NCBI GenBank assembly: GCA_024704765.1
Contig: JAKMXF010000111.1
Span: forward strand, 884,619-948,618
DNA: 64,000 nucleotides
Reading direction: 5' to 3'
From: Oopsacas minuta
Taxonomy: Eukaryota > Animalia > Porifera
The notes under the pieces were generated by a model. The model saw only the letters and a program-made list of their open reading frames with translations, was not told where the DNA came from and searched no databases. Numbering within the stretch: position 1 is the first letter of the stretch; every line of letters begins with the position of its first letter. Position numbers and translations under genes: made by a program. Shown here in pieces: positions 11,262 through 22,601 of this stretch.

Positions 11262-11754
11262 TCAAAGAACAATTTCACTACTGTCCTCCACATAACTCCA
11301 GTCTTGTCGACATAATGGACACTTTCTCTTAGATTGTACATTCTTAATCCACTTCTGAATGCAATGTAGATGGAAGTAATGGTGACATTTTCCTTCTGCC
11401 ATAGGACAGCTCTCTCCAGGTAATCTACAATCAGGGCAGCAAGCTTCGAACTCGAATCTAGCAAAGCAATGATAATACGTAATTATGGTAAGGATGGAGA
11501 ATAAAAGTTTTCAAATAATCTTAACACGTAGTATGCTAACTAGAGCGTGCTAAATCAGTTGACCTCGGTGTATCACATTTGCCCCATTTATCAGAATAAC
11601 TCTATGTTCTATACTATTCTAATGATGTAGTAATATTATCATATTAGCACCTGCAAATGCCACATTCCTCTTCTGATGCTATCCACTTCCAGAATGCCAC
11701 TACATTCCATTTTATGATTTTAACGTCGAAATCAGCTGCATCATTATTCGCCAT
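11262..11754 (-). CDS. ANAPC11: Anaphase-promoting complex subunit 11 (RING-H2), 2 coding exons
   Basis: Exon 1 11754-11651, GT-AG intron 11650-11458, exon 2 11457-11262. Joined 99 aa: MANNDAADFDVKIIKWNVVAFWKWIASEEECGICRFEFEACCPDCRLPGESCPMAEGKCHHYFHLHCIQKWIKNVQSKRKCPLCRQDW. Absent from the ORF track. Confidence 0.95.
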
Positions 11755-11799
11755 TTCTAAAATGAGATAAAGAAATTGAATTAATTGGATACATAAATT

Positions 11800-11924
11800 C
11801 AGTGGAACATCCAGAAGCAGGGCCCCGGCTCCAGCTCCAGGAGCTGTGTAAATATTAACTCCATCAATATGTGATAGACCTCAATACACGGAGAATCGGG
11901 GACCGCTTCGGGAGGTTCCCGCTG
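11800..11924. mobile_element. Tc1/mariner-type MITE
   Basis: Imperfect TIR of about 27 bp: cagtggaacatccagaagcagggcccc / ggggaccgcttcgggaggttcccgctg, then TA. A similar left end occurs near 10405. Confidence 0.65.
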
Positions 11925-12328
11925 TATATAGCAAGTACGAATACAACTACACATGTTAAGGTTTTAATTCTAAACCAGAAGAAGAATATTATTGTTTGGT
12001 AAAATATAACTAGTATGAACTTGATTTTTGCAATATTGCGGTCGTTTATGATTACTTTTCTGGGATTTTGTAGAATCCCTCGTTATTACGTACACGGTAC
12101 ACCAGCAATCGAATTTAATTCTCCACCTTGCCAATTGCCAGATATACGTATTAACCTTGTTCCTATTAGTAATTCAAATACTTTGGTAATATTGATCCCT
12201 AAAGAGTGATTTTGGTACCGACCTCGCCGTTATTTAAATACTGTTAAAACGATATATTTATATGATTTAAGTTCCAAATTATTATCTTTCCTTATCATGT
12301 ATTCGTTATATTACATAACACAGTCGAT

Positions 12329-13423
12329 ATGCTAGATAGCCGGTCATCAGTTCGTCCTCCTTCACGTAAGCCTCGCATCCGCTCAGCTGGAGCACGTCCC
12401 ATGACTCCAGCTAATGCTTACGAGTGCTCTCTCTCCGCAGAAGCTCTTGCTACTGCTCGTAGACTAGACTCTGCTAATGCTTTCAGAGCTCAGCATGAAA
12501 ACAGCAAGAAGATATTCCCAAAGAGGAGAGGAGACGAATTCCAGTTGACTAGTTACCGTGCATTCCATCAGCCAGCGGATAACCTATCTGATCTCCGTAT
12601 GTCCCCTAAACCAACTTCTCCCACTCGTAGGAACAATCCTCACCCCACCCTTCCGTTCCTCCAGTGGAGACTCCCCACTAGGTCTCTAGAGAACCCAAAG
12701 GGGTTGATTTCTGGGAACGAGCAAGTACCTCAACCTCAACAACAGCAAAATGAGAATGAGGTATTGACTAATCTATCCAATATTCCATTTCCTGGCAAGA
12801 AGCTAACACGTAGTCGCACTTTCTCTGGTTACACTCCTCGTGAGCCTAAATACTACTCCCAGCAACAACTTCCTACCTCTTTAAAATCAGCTGTAAAAGA
12901 GGAGAACCTGCCCTTCGCTAAGGAATGGTTACAAGGAGCTAGTGACAGAGAAAAACAGACGTTATTCTCAATGTTAGACACCTCTCAGAGTGAAGAGGCA
13001 CGCCTCAAGAGTGCTATGAAAGAGGTCCTAAATGCTGATGCCATTGAGGGAGTAGAGAAATGGCTCTCTGGAGCGGATCAAAACGAGAAAGCTATCGCAC
13101 TCAAGGTGTTTGAAGACTTAGCTAGTTCTAACCCGGGTACACCTAAGCCTGCATCTGCTGGTGGGCCCCGTCCTGTATCTAGAGCCTCTTCAATGGGTAC
13201 ATCTCGTAGTAATCTACCTACACACTACGGAGCTTATGCTACTCTTCCATTCTACTACCCTGGTGAAGAGGTTACACCACCAGACGAATCAGGACTTATA
13301 TGGCATCAGAAGTCCCGTAGAGAACCGGCGCCTAACGTGTTTCATAGAGCGTCTCTGTTCAATGTAGCTCAGAGGAACAGGGGGCAACATTGGACCATCC
13401 ATCCTGAGTGGCCAACTGCTTAA
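12329..13423 (+). CDS. Uncharacterised 364-aa protein with duplicated helical motif
   Basis: Long intronless ORF with coding-like composition. Motifs SPTRRNNPHP, two xWLxGAxxxEK repeats, C-terminal WTIHPEW. Confidence 0.75.
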   Translation: MLDSRSSVRPPSRKPRIRSAGARPMTPANAYECSLSAEALATARRLDSANAFRAQHENSKKIFPKRRGDEFQLTSYRAFHQPADNLSDLRMSPKPTSPTRRNNPHPTLPFLQWRLPTRSLENPKGLISGNEQVPQPQQQQNENEVLTNLSNIPFPGKKLTRSRTFSGYTPREPKYYSQQQLPTSLKSAVKEENLPFAKEWLQGASDREKQTLFSMLDTSQSEEARLKSAMKEVLNADAIEGVEKWLSGADQNEKAIALKVFEDLASSNPGTPKPASAGGPRPVSRASSMGTSRSNLPTHYGAYATLPFYYPGEEVTPPDESGLIWHQKSRREPAPNVFHRASLFNVAQRNRGQHWTIHPEWPTA

Positions 13424-14135
13424 CCTCTCTCACTCTATCTGCGACATTTATTTCTTAATATTCTATAGCTTATTTTATCTAAATAAAGTGAACTTTGACT
13501 ATGTACGTGTTTTAATACAGCACTGAGATGGATGACTCACTTACAATATATACAAATTCTTAATTTATTGTTTGTACCCAAATATATATATCTATTTCTA
13601 TATCTCTTTGCGGTCAACCTTTTAGTTTATAATCCATAATTATTACAACATTATCGTATAATTTGTGAATGATACAGTGGATACCTTACATATGAATAAA
13701 TGTGTATCTTGAGACGTAGCCAGGGTGCGGCACATGCGGTCCATGTCGCGTTTATGCAACACCCTCATTTTTGTCCTCCTAGTAACAGGAGTATATAAGG
13801 TCACAATCTATAGTTTAATACCTTAAATAATTTCACATTAACTTTTACATTATAGTAGAACATCGTTAATATGGACACAGTTAGTACGAAATTCCTGATA
13901 AGAGAACAAATATTACGGAAAATCTGTCCCTGCAAAGGCTAATCAATTAGTATTACTCAGGATAAAGCGAACAAATTGTGAGTGTCCGCCTTTGGCTTTC
14001 GTATTGATTAACGATGTTTCACTGTATGTGAGAAGGAAGTAATAAATTCTGAGTCTTCCAAATATCCTGAATTATAAGAACTGAATATTAATATATATGA
14101 GACAATTATAGTTATCTATTTAATGTTATCCAGGT

Positions 14136-14441
14136 ATGGATATACACACTCCTATACCAGGATCTGAAACAGACACACTGTTATTACCTCCAGCTGACGA
14201 AATTGGAGAAGTGTCAGATTCTGACATTTCACAATTAGACACATCCTATCTGTCACAACGATATACAGATGAAGGGTATCAGACCAGCTGTATAGACTCA
14301 TCATCTACTGACCCGATCACTATAGAACAGAATTGGGACTTCTTTCAAGAGGAATATTTAAAACACGAGTGTGTTGTGCGTCTATTTACTGCTGTATCTA
14401 TCATTGCTTACACAGTCAGGAGGGCTGAATGTAACTTGTAA
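14136..14441 (+). CDS. Small acidic orphan protein (101 aa)
   Basis: ATG 2 nt after ttatccag; D/E/S-rich; higher GC than flanks; no domain recognised. Confidence 0.45.
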   Translation: MDIHTPIPGSETDTLLLPPADEIGEVSDSDISQLDTSYLSQRYTDEGYQTSCIDSSSTDPITIEQNWDFFQEEYLKHECVVRLFTAVSIIAYTVRRAECNL

Positions 14442-14592
14442 TACCAATAACGTGTTGTTAAGTTTAATTACTTTGGATGTACTTGTATTAACCGAAATTA
14501 TCTGATATTTAAAAATCTAACAAAACTGTTCGTAATAAATGAACAAAATTGAATTATTTATTTCCTTATTAAAATTGAATTATGATCAGTAG

Positions 14593-15810
14593 ATGAGTGG
14601 ACTAGAATTCTCAGAAATTCCTCTATGTCCTCCAGACGTAGTATTTGGTGTGCTAGACAGTTTCAATCAAGATCCAGACCCGAACAAAGTAAATCTGAGT
14701 ATCGGAGCCTATCGCACAGACGAGGGAGACCCATGGGTACTGCCTATAGTAAAAGCTACTGAGCTTGCCTTAGCTCAAGATGTGCTACAAGATCACGAGT
14801 ATCTACCAATATCCGGTCTAACAGCCTTCCTAGATTCTAGCGCTAGATTAGTGCTGGGGGCTAGCAGTACTATTATACTGGAGAATAGGTATGCTGCAGT
14901 ACAGACGATTGGAGGTACGGGAGCAATTAGGATAGGGTTAGGGTTTCTTAAGAAATTCAGCAAAAGCAATGTGTTCTACCTACCTACACCAACCTGGCCT
15001 AATCATAACAAGATTCTAACAGAACTCGGAGCTGAAATACGTTCGTATCGATACTATGATGTCGATAAGAATTGTTTGGATGAGAAAGGAATGATAGAAG
15101 ACTTGAGAGCTGCTCCCGAGGGATCTACTGTAATATTACATGGTGTAGCACACAATCCTACAGGTATGGATCCTACTAAAGATCAATGGAAACAAATTTG
15201 TGATGTCATAAAAGAAAGATCACTTACTACTTTTGTTGATTTTGCTTATCAGGGATTCGCTTCAGGAGATCTGGACAAAGATGCATGGGCAGTAAGATAT
15301 TTCATAGAACAAGGATTGAACCTGTTTATTGCTCAATCTTACTCTAAGAACTTTGGACTATATAATGAGAGAGTAGGTTGTTTGACTGTCACCTGTTCCT
15401 CCCCCAAACTAGCATCTTGTGTAAAATCGCAACTAGCTGTCCTCTGTAGAACAATTTGGTCTAATCCGTCTAACCATGGAGCTAGAATAGTAGCAACAGT
15501 GTTAAATAACCCTGCAATGTTTGCTGAATGGAAGGAGAACTTACGAGTAATGTCAGATAGACTCTCTCAAATGCGACAGGCTCTGTACGACCGTCTAAGA
15601 GTACTGGGTACCCCTGGTAACTGGGACCATCTGCTTGCTCAGATCGGGATGTTCTCATACACCGGACTCAAACCTAATCAGGTTGAAATTATGACTAAGA
15701 AGTTTCATATCTATCTAATGAAATCTGGTCGTATCAGTCTTGCAGGACTTAACTCTAAGAATCTAGACTATGTAGCTAAAGGTATCCATGAAGTGATCAC
15801 CACGACGTAA
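14593..15810 (+). CDS. GOT1: Aspartate aminotransferase, cytosolic type, intronless
   Basis: KVNLSIGAYRTDEG, QTIGGTGA, AHNPTGMDP, DFAYQGFASG, PLP lysine motif SYSKNFGLYNERVG; no mitochondrial presequence. Confidence 0.96.
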   Translation: MSGLEFSEIPLCPPDVVFGVLDSFNQDPDPNKVNLSIGAYRTDEGDPWVLPIVKATELALAQDVLQDHEYLPISGLTAFLDSSARLVLGASSTIILENRYAAVQTIGGTGAIRIGLGFLKKFSKSNVFYLPTPTWPNHNKILTELGAEIRSYRYYDVDKNCLDEKGMIEDLRAAPEGSTVILHGVAHNPTGMDPTKDQWKQICDVIKERSLTTFVDFAYQGFASGDLDKDAWAVRYFIEQGLNLFIAQSYSKNFGLYNERVGCLTVTCSSPKLASCVKSQLAVLCRTIWSNPSNHGARIVATVLNNPAMFAEWKENLRVMSDRLSQMRQALYDRLRVLGTPGNWDHLLAQIGMFSYTGLKPNQVEIMTKKFHIYLMKSGRISLAGLNSKNLDYVAKGIHEVITTT

Positions 15811-17098
15811 ATGCAGGGAATATTTCCTATACTACAGATTCTATAATCAATTGTTATACTTTACGAAATGTGTTACTTTATGTGTCTATCATATTAATCA
15901 ATACCTGACTAACTTGAACTAGGCTAGGTCCAATCATTTATTTACTTGGAATTACGTAATTAAGCCCCCAAACTATAAATAGAAAATAAACTATACTCCA
16001 TATAAGGAATTCTTATATTCAGCTAGAATTCTTGTGGTAGTGAACTTTCATGGCTCAATTGTATAAAGAATGTATTTATCCAGTTTCTATAAATACATGT
16101 ATAATCTAATGTAAGGTCCTCGAACAGAGTTGGAAATTCAAGATTTATGTCGAATTCATTTTAATTTGAACTCGCTACAATATTTACTAATTAAATGAGT
16201 TGTTAATCTCTGACACGATCGTATCCCCGAAAAGCATTGAATTCAAGATATGCTTATGTTCTCGCACAAGTATGTGATTAGCTCATTATATTTTTGAACC
16301 TGATATGTATTGTATTTTAAAATACGTCAATGAACATTTATTTCTATAATTTAAACCCTTTAAACCATCAGATAAATATTACTAAGGTATCTGTTCCTTT
16401 TCGATGAACTACTCGAGCTTTCCATAAATGATGGAACATGTGTTATGATAAATCATATGAATTTTGTAGCCACAATTTGATTAATATTAATATATTAATT
16501 GATGATATTTCGAATAAAGATTTGCAAATACTCCATCGGCGATTTATTCAGCTATCTCTCATCTCCTTTATTTAGGGGTTAATATACGTATATCATCAAT
16601 TTATGGAGTTTCCCTTTCATATTGTTTGTGTGGATAAATACCTTTGTCTTTGAATACCCGAAAAGATCATAGATTCCGTAAAATCTCTTCTTTTGAATGT
16701 GTATTATTATGTAGAAATAACTAATGACCATGAAGTAATACTTCTAAATTACGACAGATACATTTTATTTAATTAAAAAACAAATTCACTACCTCTTCAA
16801 TTGGATTAAGTTGAAACTAATCTCCCATCCTGAACAGTCCTATTATCTTTAATCATCCTAATAGGGCTATTTATCTCTGATTAGGAATTTTTCTAAGAAA
16901 ACGGGTTTCAAGTATTTTTGGTATTCAAGCAAAGTAGTCTTTCCTAACTCCCAGTAGAGCAGAGTTTAGAAACTAGAATCCATAATTATACACTACAAAT
17001 TATCCGTATTCAGTCTAATAGTTGAAAATAGTGTCAGTATACTTCTATTATAAATACTATTTCATTCTATCAGATTGCGATATTGTGTTTTATTAGAA

Positions 17099-19924
17099 AT
17101 GAGTGATGAAGTAATGGAGCCTCTAACAGATGTAATGCTAAAGAGGAGATCATCTAAAAAACAAAATGAGATAAAAGAGATAGTCGACCATTCCTCTCAA
17201 CAAAAGTCGTCTTCAAAAACACCTAAAATGAAAGGATTATTTGGCAAGACTTATAAACATAAAGGAGAGCAACAAACAAAGAAAAAATCCTCCAAAATCG
17301 AGCCAATAACTAATTCAATTCGTAACCCTTCCAATCAACTAGAATTGTTTGAAGCACTCCCTGATAAGGTACCTACTTCTGGGGGAACAAGTCCCTGTCA
17401 CGATATCTCTAATGACTCAGATTATCTTCTCAATAACCCTACCTCTATTGGTTTTAGTGATAAACAGCCTCGACCTCAACAAACAGCTGATACAACCAGA
17501 ACACCTACTACTACTAAATTGAGTTGGACTGATCCTCAGATTGTTACTCATGCACTCCCTTTATCCTCCTCATTAACAACAATCCCTCCTATAATTAGAT
17601 CAGAATCTTGTACGGAGTATAATCCTGTCTTACTGAGTGAGGCTTCTCCATGGGACCAGATCACCTCCCCTAGTTGCCTTTTAGAGCCAACACAATTAAT
17701 TTCTCATAGCTGGGAACAGTGCAAGAGCTCCTCTCCAAGCCTAACTCAAACAATTTCTAACTCGTATGACTCCCAATTTACTTCTCATGAAGGCCTATTT
17801 GTATTCCCTATAATCGATCTGAATTTTGACACAGACAAGAGAATATCTTCTGAGTTATCTAGTGACCCTGTTAGTACAGATAATACACAATCTGGTGATG
17901 TTACAAATAACTTAACTAATTATCTGCCCACCTCTAACGAGTTCAAGAAATCAATTTCTGTGAAGGACCCCTCAATAATATCAGAATCTGAATTCCAATA
18001 TTTCACTTCTTTATTCTTCTCTTCTACACTGAATCCACAAGGTGGACTTCTGTATGGTGAACAAGCGAGAAATTTCTTTCAGATTTCACAACTACCAAAT
18101 GAAGAGCTTTCTAGAATTTGGCAACTTTCTGATATAGACAATGACTTGAAGCTTACTTTCAGTGAATTTTGTATTGCTATGAAACTTGTTAGAAACAGGA
18201 AAAAAGGCATTCCCCTTCCTCAAACAATCCCAAATTCTATTTTTGAGTCTCTTGCTCAACTCACTGAGTCTCAACAATTGAACCCTAACGATCCTCCCCT
18301 TTCAGACCAATACACACCTTCATACTCATACTCAGGAGGTGAACAGTTAGATAATGTAACTCATGAAGACTCTAGTTTAGAGAACTATGTCTCTTCAGAT
18401 GTTCCATCTTTTAATGACGAAGTTCTCCCCTATGTGGAAATCCCAGCACCCTTAGACCCAATCTTGTCCCCACCAGATGGAGAAGATTTGGAAGAAACTG
18501 TAACAGTTGAGAATTCTCAATTTTATCCTAACGAAGAAATAGAAGACCCTATCCCCAAAGAATCAAGTTCCTCTAGTACAACAGACTATACCTACCAGAT
18601 CAAGAGTCTCTTTACCCCTACACCCAACCCATTGCCTCCTCCTCCCACTAAGACAGAGATGCAACAACGAGCTGTACTTACCCCCATTGTACCCATCCAG
18701 GCGGTTGTAGTCTCATCCCCTCGGGTTGAAATTACTCCAGTGGTACAGATGAGGTCACACACAACTGAGGGCTTATCATCTTACCGCAGAGATGAGGGTG
18801 CAGGATTTCTTGAAACAGAGGAACAACGGATAATGCTCTCTCTCCCCTCCAGGGGCGGGACAGATCCAAAGGATTTGAAGAACAAAGGCAAAGCTCGTAG
18901 GAGACCAGATAGAGTATCAGCAGTTATTTTGATTGATAAGTCAGATCACGAGGATCCTCAGGTATCTCTCATTAATAACGGTGAAATTAAAACTATTGAC
19001 CTGTCTCCTAACACCTTTGAAGATCAAAATTGTCCTATTTTTGGAGAAATAAATCATTCGCAAAACACTGGTAATGAAGTTCAGAGCAAAAAGGTAAACA
19101 TTCAAGACGAATCAACTCCACATTCGTCTCCTGGCTCAAATAAAGAAAAAATTGTTTATCAAAAGAAAGATTCAAAGATGAATATTTTGAAAAAGAAGTT
19201 CATGCCTCGTAACAAGAAGAACACTGGCAGTAATGCCAGTCTTGATAAGATTTCTACACCTCAAGAAAGTAAGAAGAAAAGTAAAGTAAGAATATTAAAC
19301 AAGAGAAGTAAGAAACACAATAGATCTAGCTCGTTAGACATCAAAAAGTCAAACCCTCGTTTGTATGGCAGTCAGAATGATATACACTTACCTAAAGAGA
19401 AGACTATTGATCCAGTTATTGCTATGATAGAAGAATCACGGTTATGCCCACAAAACAAAGCAGTTAGCGCTCTATCTCTCAGTCCTACTCATGAACAAAG
19501 AGATACTCATAATGATTCTGACAGTTTTGACAGCTCTGGATCATATGAGAACCTGGATTCAGATAGTGATAATCCTCCTCGCATGCGTAATAAGAAAATA
19601 CAAAACTATCGTAAGAACAGAAGTCTCTCTTCTCCAGAGTGTGTTCTCTCTACCCCTCCAATCCCTGATCCATTCTCTGAGCATACCTATTCTACAACAA
19701 CAGATCTAGATGATAACAAAACTCCTCAACACGAACCTACCCCCTCACCCGTCAGCTACGAGAGAGAACTTCTGAATCAGAGAATTCACGAGACCTTTGC
19801 TAGATGTGAGAGTCTTAGGAATGTTAACAGTCAACTAATCTCAGAATTGAATCAGATAAGATTACAAAAAAAGGAATTAGCAATGCAGCTCAGATATCAC
19901 CAACCACCACGTAACATTCTTTAA
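17099..19924 (+). CDS. EH-domain endocytic adaptor, REPS1/2-like, intronless
   Basis: EH domain GEQARNFFQISQLPNEELSRIWQLSDIDNDLKLTFSEFCIAMKLV; Pro-rich segments; REPS-like C-terminal coiled coil SLRNVNSQLISELNQIRLQKKELAMQLR. Confidence 0.8.
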   Translation: MSDEVMEPLTDVMLKRRSSKKQNEIKEIVDHSSQQKSSSKTPKMKGLFGKTYKHKGEQQTKKKSSKIEPITNSIRNPSNQLELFEALPDKVPTSGGTSPCHDISNDSDYLLNNPTSIGFSDKQPRPQQTADTTRTPTTTKLSWTDPQIVTHALPLSSSLTTIPPIIRSESCTEYNPVLLSEASPWDQITSPSCLLEPTQLISHSWEQCKSSSPSLTQTISNSYDSQFTSHEGLFVFPIIDLNFDTDKRISSELSSDPVSTDNTQSGDVTNNLTNYLPTSNEFKKSISVKDPSIISESEFQYFTSLFFSSTLNPQGGLLYGEQARNFFQISQLPNEELSRIWQLSDIDNDLKLTFSEFCIAMKLVRNRKKGIPLPQTIPNSIFESLAQLTESQQLNPNDPPLSDQYTPSYSYSGGEQLDNVTHEDSSLENYVSSDVPSFNDEVLPYVEIPAPLDPILSPPDGEDLEETVTVENSQFYPNEEIEDPIPKESSSSSTTDYTYQIKSLFTPTPNPLPPPPTKTEMQQRAVLTPIVPIQAVVVSSPRVEITPVVQMRSHTTEGLSSYRRDEGAGFLETEEQRIMLSLPSRGGTDPKDLKNKGKARRRPDRVSAVILIDKSDHEDPQVSLINNGEIKTIDLSPNTFEDQNCPIFGEINHSQNTGNEVQSKKVNIQDESTPHSSPGSNKEKIVYQKKDSKMNILKKKFMPRNKKNTGSNASLDKISTPQESKKKSKVRILNKRSKKHNRSSSLDIKKSNPRLYGSQNDIHLPKEKTIDPVIAMIEESRLCPQNKAVSALSLSPTHEQRDTHNDSDSFDSSGSYENLDSDSDNPPRMRNKKIQNYRKNRSLSSPECVLSTPPIPDPFSEHTYSTTTDLDDNKTPQHEPTPSPVSYERELLNQRIHETFARCESLRNVNSQLISELNQIRLQKKELAMQLRYHQPPRNIL

Positions 19925-21317
19925 CCTAATCATACTCTAATATAATCATTTAACAATTTAAATATCATTTAATTACACCTGCAATAGAATAATGATGATG
20001 TAATTGAATGTTCTGTTGTATCCCTTCCCCGGAGTAACATGTATACCTCGTTGCTTGTTTGGGTTAAATTTTGATCTGTTAGTAATTTTTATACAAAATT
20101 TCTTTATTAAATGACGCCTTTTCATTTACTTGCTATACCTTTCATTCATTTGTACTACTAATAGCTTAGAAATAGTACAACTAGTTGACGATCACTTGTG
20201 TTCTCGATTAAGTGGAGTCGATTTTAGCACGAAACAACAATTTGGTGCAAATAGCCTTATAGATATCCGGAATTTGGTAATACAGTAGCCCTCTTTCCAT
20301 ATGAACCAGACGCCACTGTATTATTGAAGGCTACCTAGAAGTTTGTATAGCTCTGGCCGTTTGGGCTAGCATAAATTCTTCAGGGAAGTACGTCATATTA
20401 ACCGGGGTGGAATATGTGTACTCTTCTGGTTAAAGTTACGACCGAAATGTTCCATAATAAAATTCTGATTTATACACGCACAATTCTTTTCAAAACATTT
20501 CTCACACTTTCTTGTAGTTTAACTATAATAAGATTTTTAAGATTTCGAACTCCTGCTAGAGTTAGAGCATTACCTCAATTTCTACTACGATACTTCGAAT
20601 GAATGATAACTGCAATTAAATTAGCATCCATTCTAGATTAACATATGGTCCTTTGACACGAAGCCTTCTAGCCAATTGAAACCTATTTCTATCTTAATAA
20701 TGTGGCTAATTACCTCAGATATGTAACTTCCATTATTTATATATTTAATCCACTTCACGATTTGAATTTACGAAGTACGTAGTAAGTTAAAATGTTAATT
20801 ATTTAGTTTCCCTCTTTGCAAGATTTGGCTTGTCTTTACCTTTCGTTGCAATCAAATTTTATTCGTATTATTTATATCCATGCATTTCCCGTTTAACACA
20901 ATATTAGTCTCATCCATGCAAACATAAGGCTGAATATATTGCTCCTAGTTGTGAGCTTGTACGAGTTTGAATCTTGCGATAAATTGTGTTGAATTCGAAA
21001 CCTTTTCAGCGAAAACTCAATTCAATTGCATTGAAGCATAATTTGTCATTTTATGATTTAAATCTAATGATATTCACTGCCATAGAAGAAGCCTACTCCA
21101 AAACACAAATGGCTCTATGGCTTACATATATAGAGTGCTGTTTTAGGCTGTTTTTATGTTGTGACTCTATCTACCCGCAGCCATAGCCAAAACATAAGTT
21201 TTAACCTTAAAACATAATCACAAAGTTCTTTGTTCGAACTGAAGCTACCAATAGGCTGGATTCCGTAGCATATTCTTATTTATACAAATAAATTACAAAA
21301 TTAGAGATATTATATAA

Positions 21318-22139
21318 ATGTGTCGCTGTAACACTTATAATTGTTGTGCTTACCTCTGGACCTGTTTGTCTATCATCTCTACATTAATATGCCTATTGGG
21401 TTTCTATCTACCTGTATGGATGGAAGTACGTAATCCATATTTGGAAGATGGTGAGACAAACCCTGTTATATTGAGTGCATACAGAGTGTGCTACTACCCT
21501 GAGTTAACCAATAGGTCAGGAGGAGAGAGAGAATACTCTACACTCAATCCAGAATACAATCCGTGTGTGTTAGAGAGAGATCAAAATACCAACTCTACTT
21601 TCTATCTTAAAGAGTCTAAATGTCCTTCTGGAGTATTAGGAACGTTTACAGACCGTTCTCACGGTTGTAATTACATGGTGTCTCCTCCTTCCTATCCGCT
21701 CTATCATATTTATTGTGGTAGATTAATCAGCTTTGATTCTATCCTGGCTATTGAATGGAAAGCAGCTACATTGCTAATGGGTGTAGGCTCATGTTGTTTA
21801 GTAGTAACAGCATTTATTTCTCTGTTTGGATGCTGTATCCGTAAACTATTCAATATATGCCTTACTCTAGTAGTAGCTGTAGTGCAAATGCTGGGTAGTC
21901 TGTGTTTTGTAGCAGCTATCATTCTGTTTCCAGTAGGATTAAGAAGCACTACTGTACAGACATTATGCTCTTTTGAGACTTGTACAGCTGATATTTTCAA
22001 GCTGGGTATATGTACATTTGGTTGGGCTTATTACTTCACAGCTGTTGGAACATTTTTGTCTCTAATAAGCGCTATTCTCTCAATGACAACAGCTTGTCAT
22101 AAAGACAGAAGTAAAGAAGAAATTCCGTACACAATATGA
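21318..22139 (+). CDS. LHFPL tetraspan membrane protein (LHFPL2-like), intronless
   Basis: Four hydrophobic helices, WKAATLLMGVG, FPVGL..TVQTLC, FKLGICTFGWAYY. Confidence 0.85.
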   Translation: MCRCNTYNCCAYLWTCLSIISTLICLLGFYLPVWMEVRNPYLEDGETNPVILSAYRVCYYPELTNRSGGEREYSTLNPEYNPCVLERDQNTNSTFYLKESKCPSGVLGTFTDRSHGCNYMVSPPSYPLYHIYCGRLISFDSILAIEWKAATLLMGVGSCCLVVTAFISLFGCCIRKLFNICLTLVVAVVQMLGSLCFVAAIILFPVGLRSTTVQTLCSFETCTADIFKLGICTFGWAYYFTAVGTFLSLISAILSMTTACHKDRSKEEIPYTI

Positions 22140-22421
22140 TGCTATATTCCGCTCTTTAATTATTTTTTGTTTCTATTCTTGCTGATTCTCAAAAGTTGTT
22201 CATATCATCCCACAGTTTACTAATAGTAACGCTCCTGCACATAGCATATATATCTGAATTAGTTCCTTTTGAATTATGATTAATTATTTTGTCATTTAAT
22301 TCTATTGATGGTTTACTTTCTGATTATGTGTTTATGTTGAATGTTACTTATATTTCACAGTTTATTTATTCGTTAAGTATTGGGATTTGTTTCCAATTGT
22401 GTGTATTTCTATACTACCTAG

Positions 22422-22557
22422 CCAAAAGTGTTGGAACACCTAGCCACAATTGACACGTGGCACAAACATGCATGCCACTTTAGATCTTTCAACATATTCA
22501 TGCCATGTGCCACTTGTTACTTGTGCCACAAGTGGTATAGTGTTCCAAAACCTTTGG
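22422..22557. mobile_element. Foldback/MITE-like inverted repeat upstream of ASTE1
   Basis: ccaaaagtgttggaacac / gtgttccaaaacctttgg (15 of 18 match) with inner gtggcacaa / ttgtgccac; no TSD seen. Confidence 0.55.
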
Positions 22558-22601
22558 AAAGGAGTGTATGAAAAGTAAATATAATTAAAATAGAATAATC
22601 A

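Noticed and set aside
11207-11464. 85-aa ORF with a YVDKT motif like bacterial AAA-ATPase-like proteins
   Set aside because: It is an alternative frame of ANAPC11 exon 2; no Walker A motif follows.
20600-20733. Possible spliced 28-aa micropeptide MEVTYLRFQLARR...
   Set aside because: Requires a 31-nt intron, shorter than any other intron inferred here; no homology recognised.
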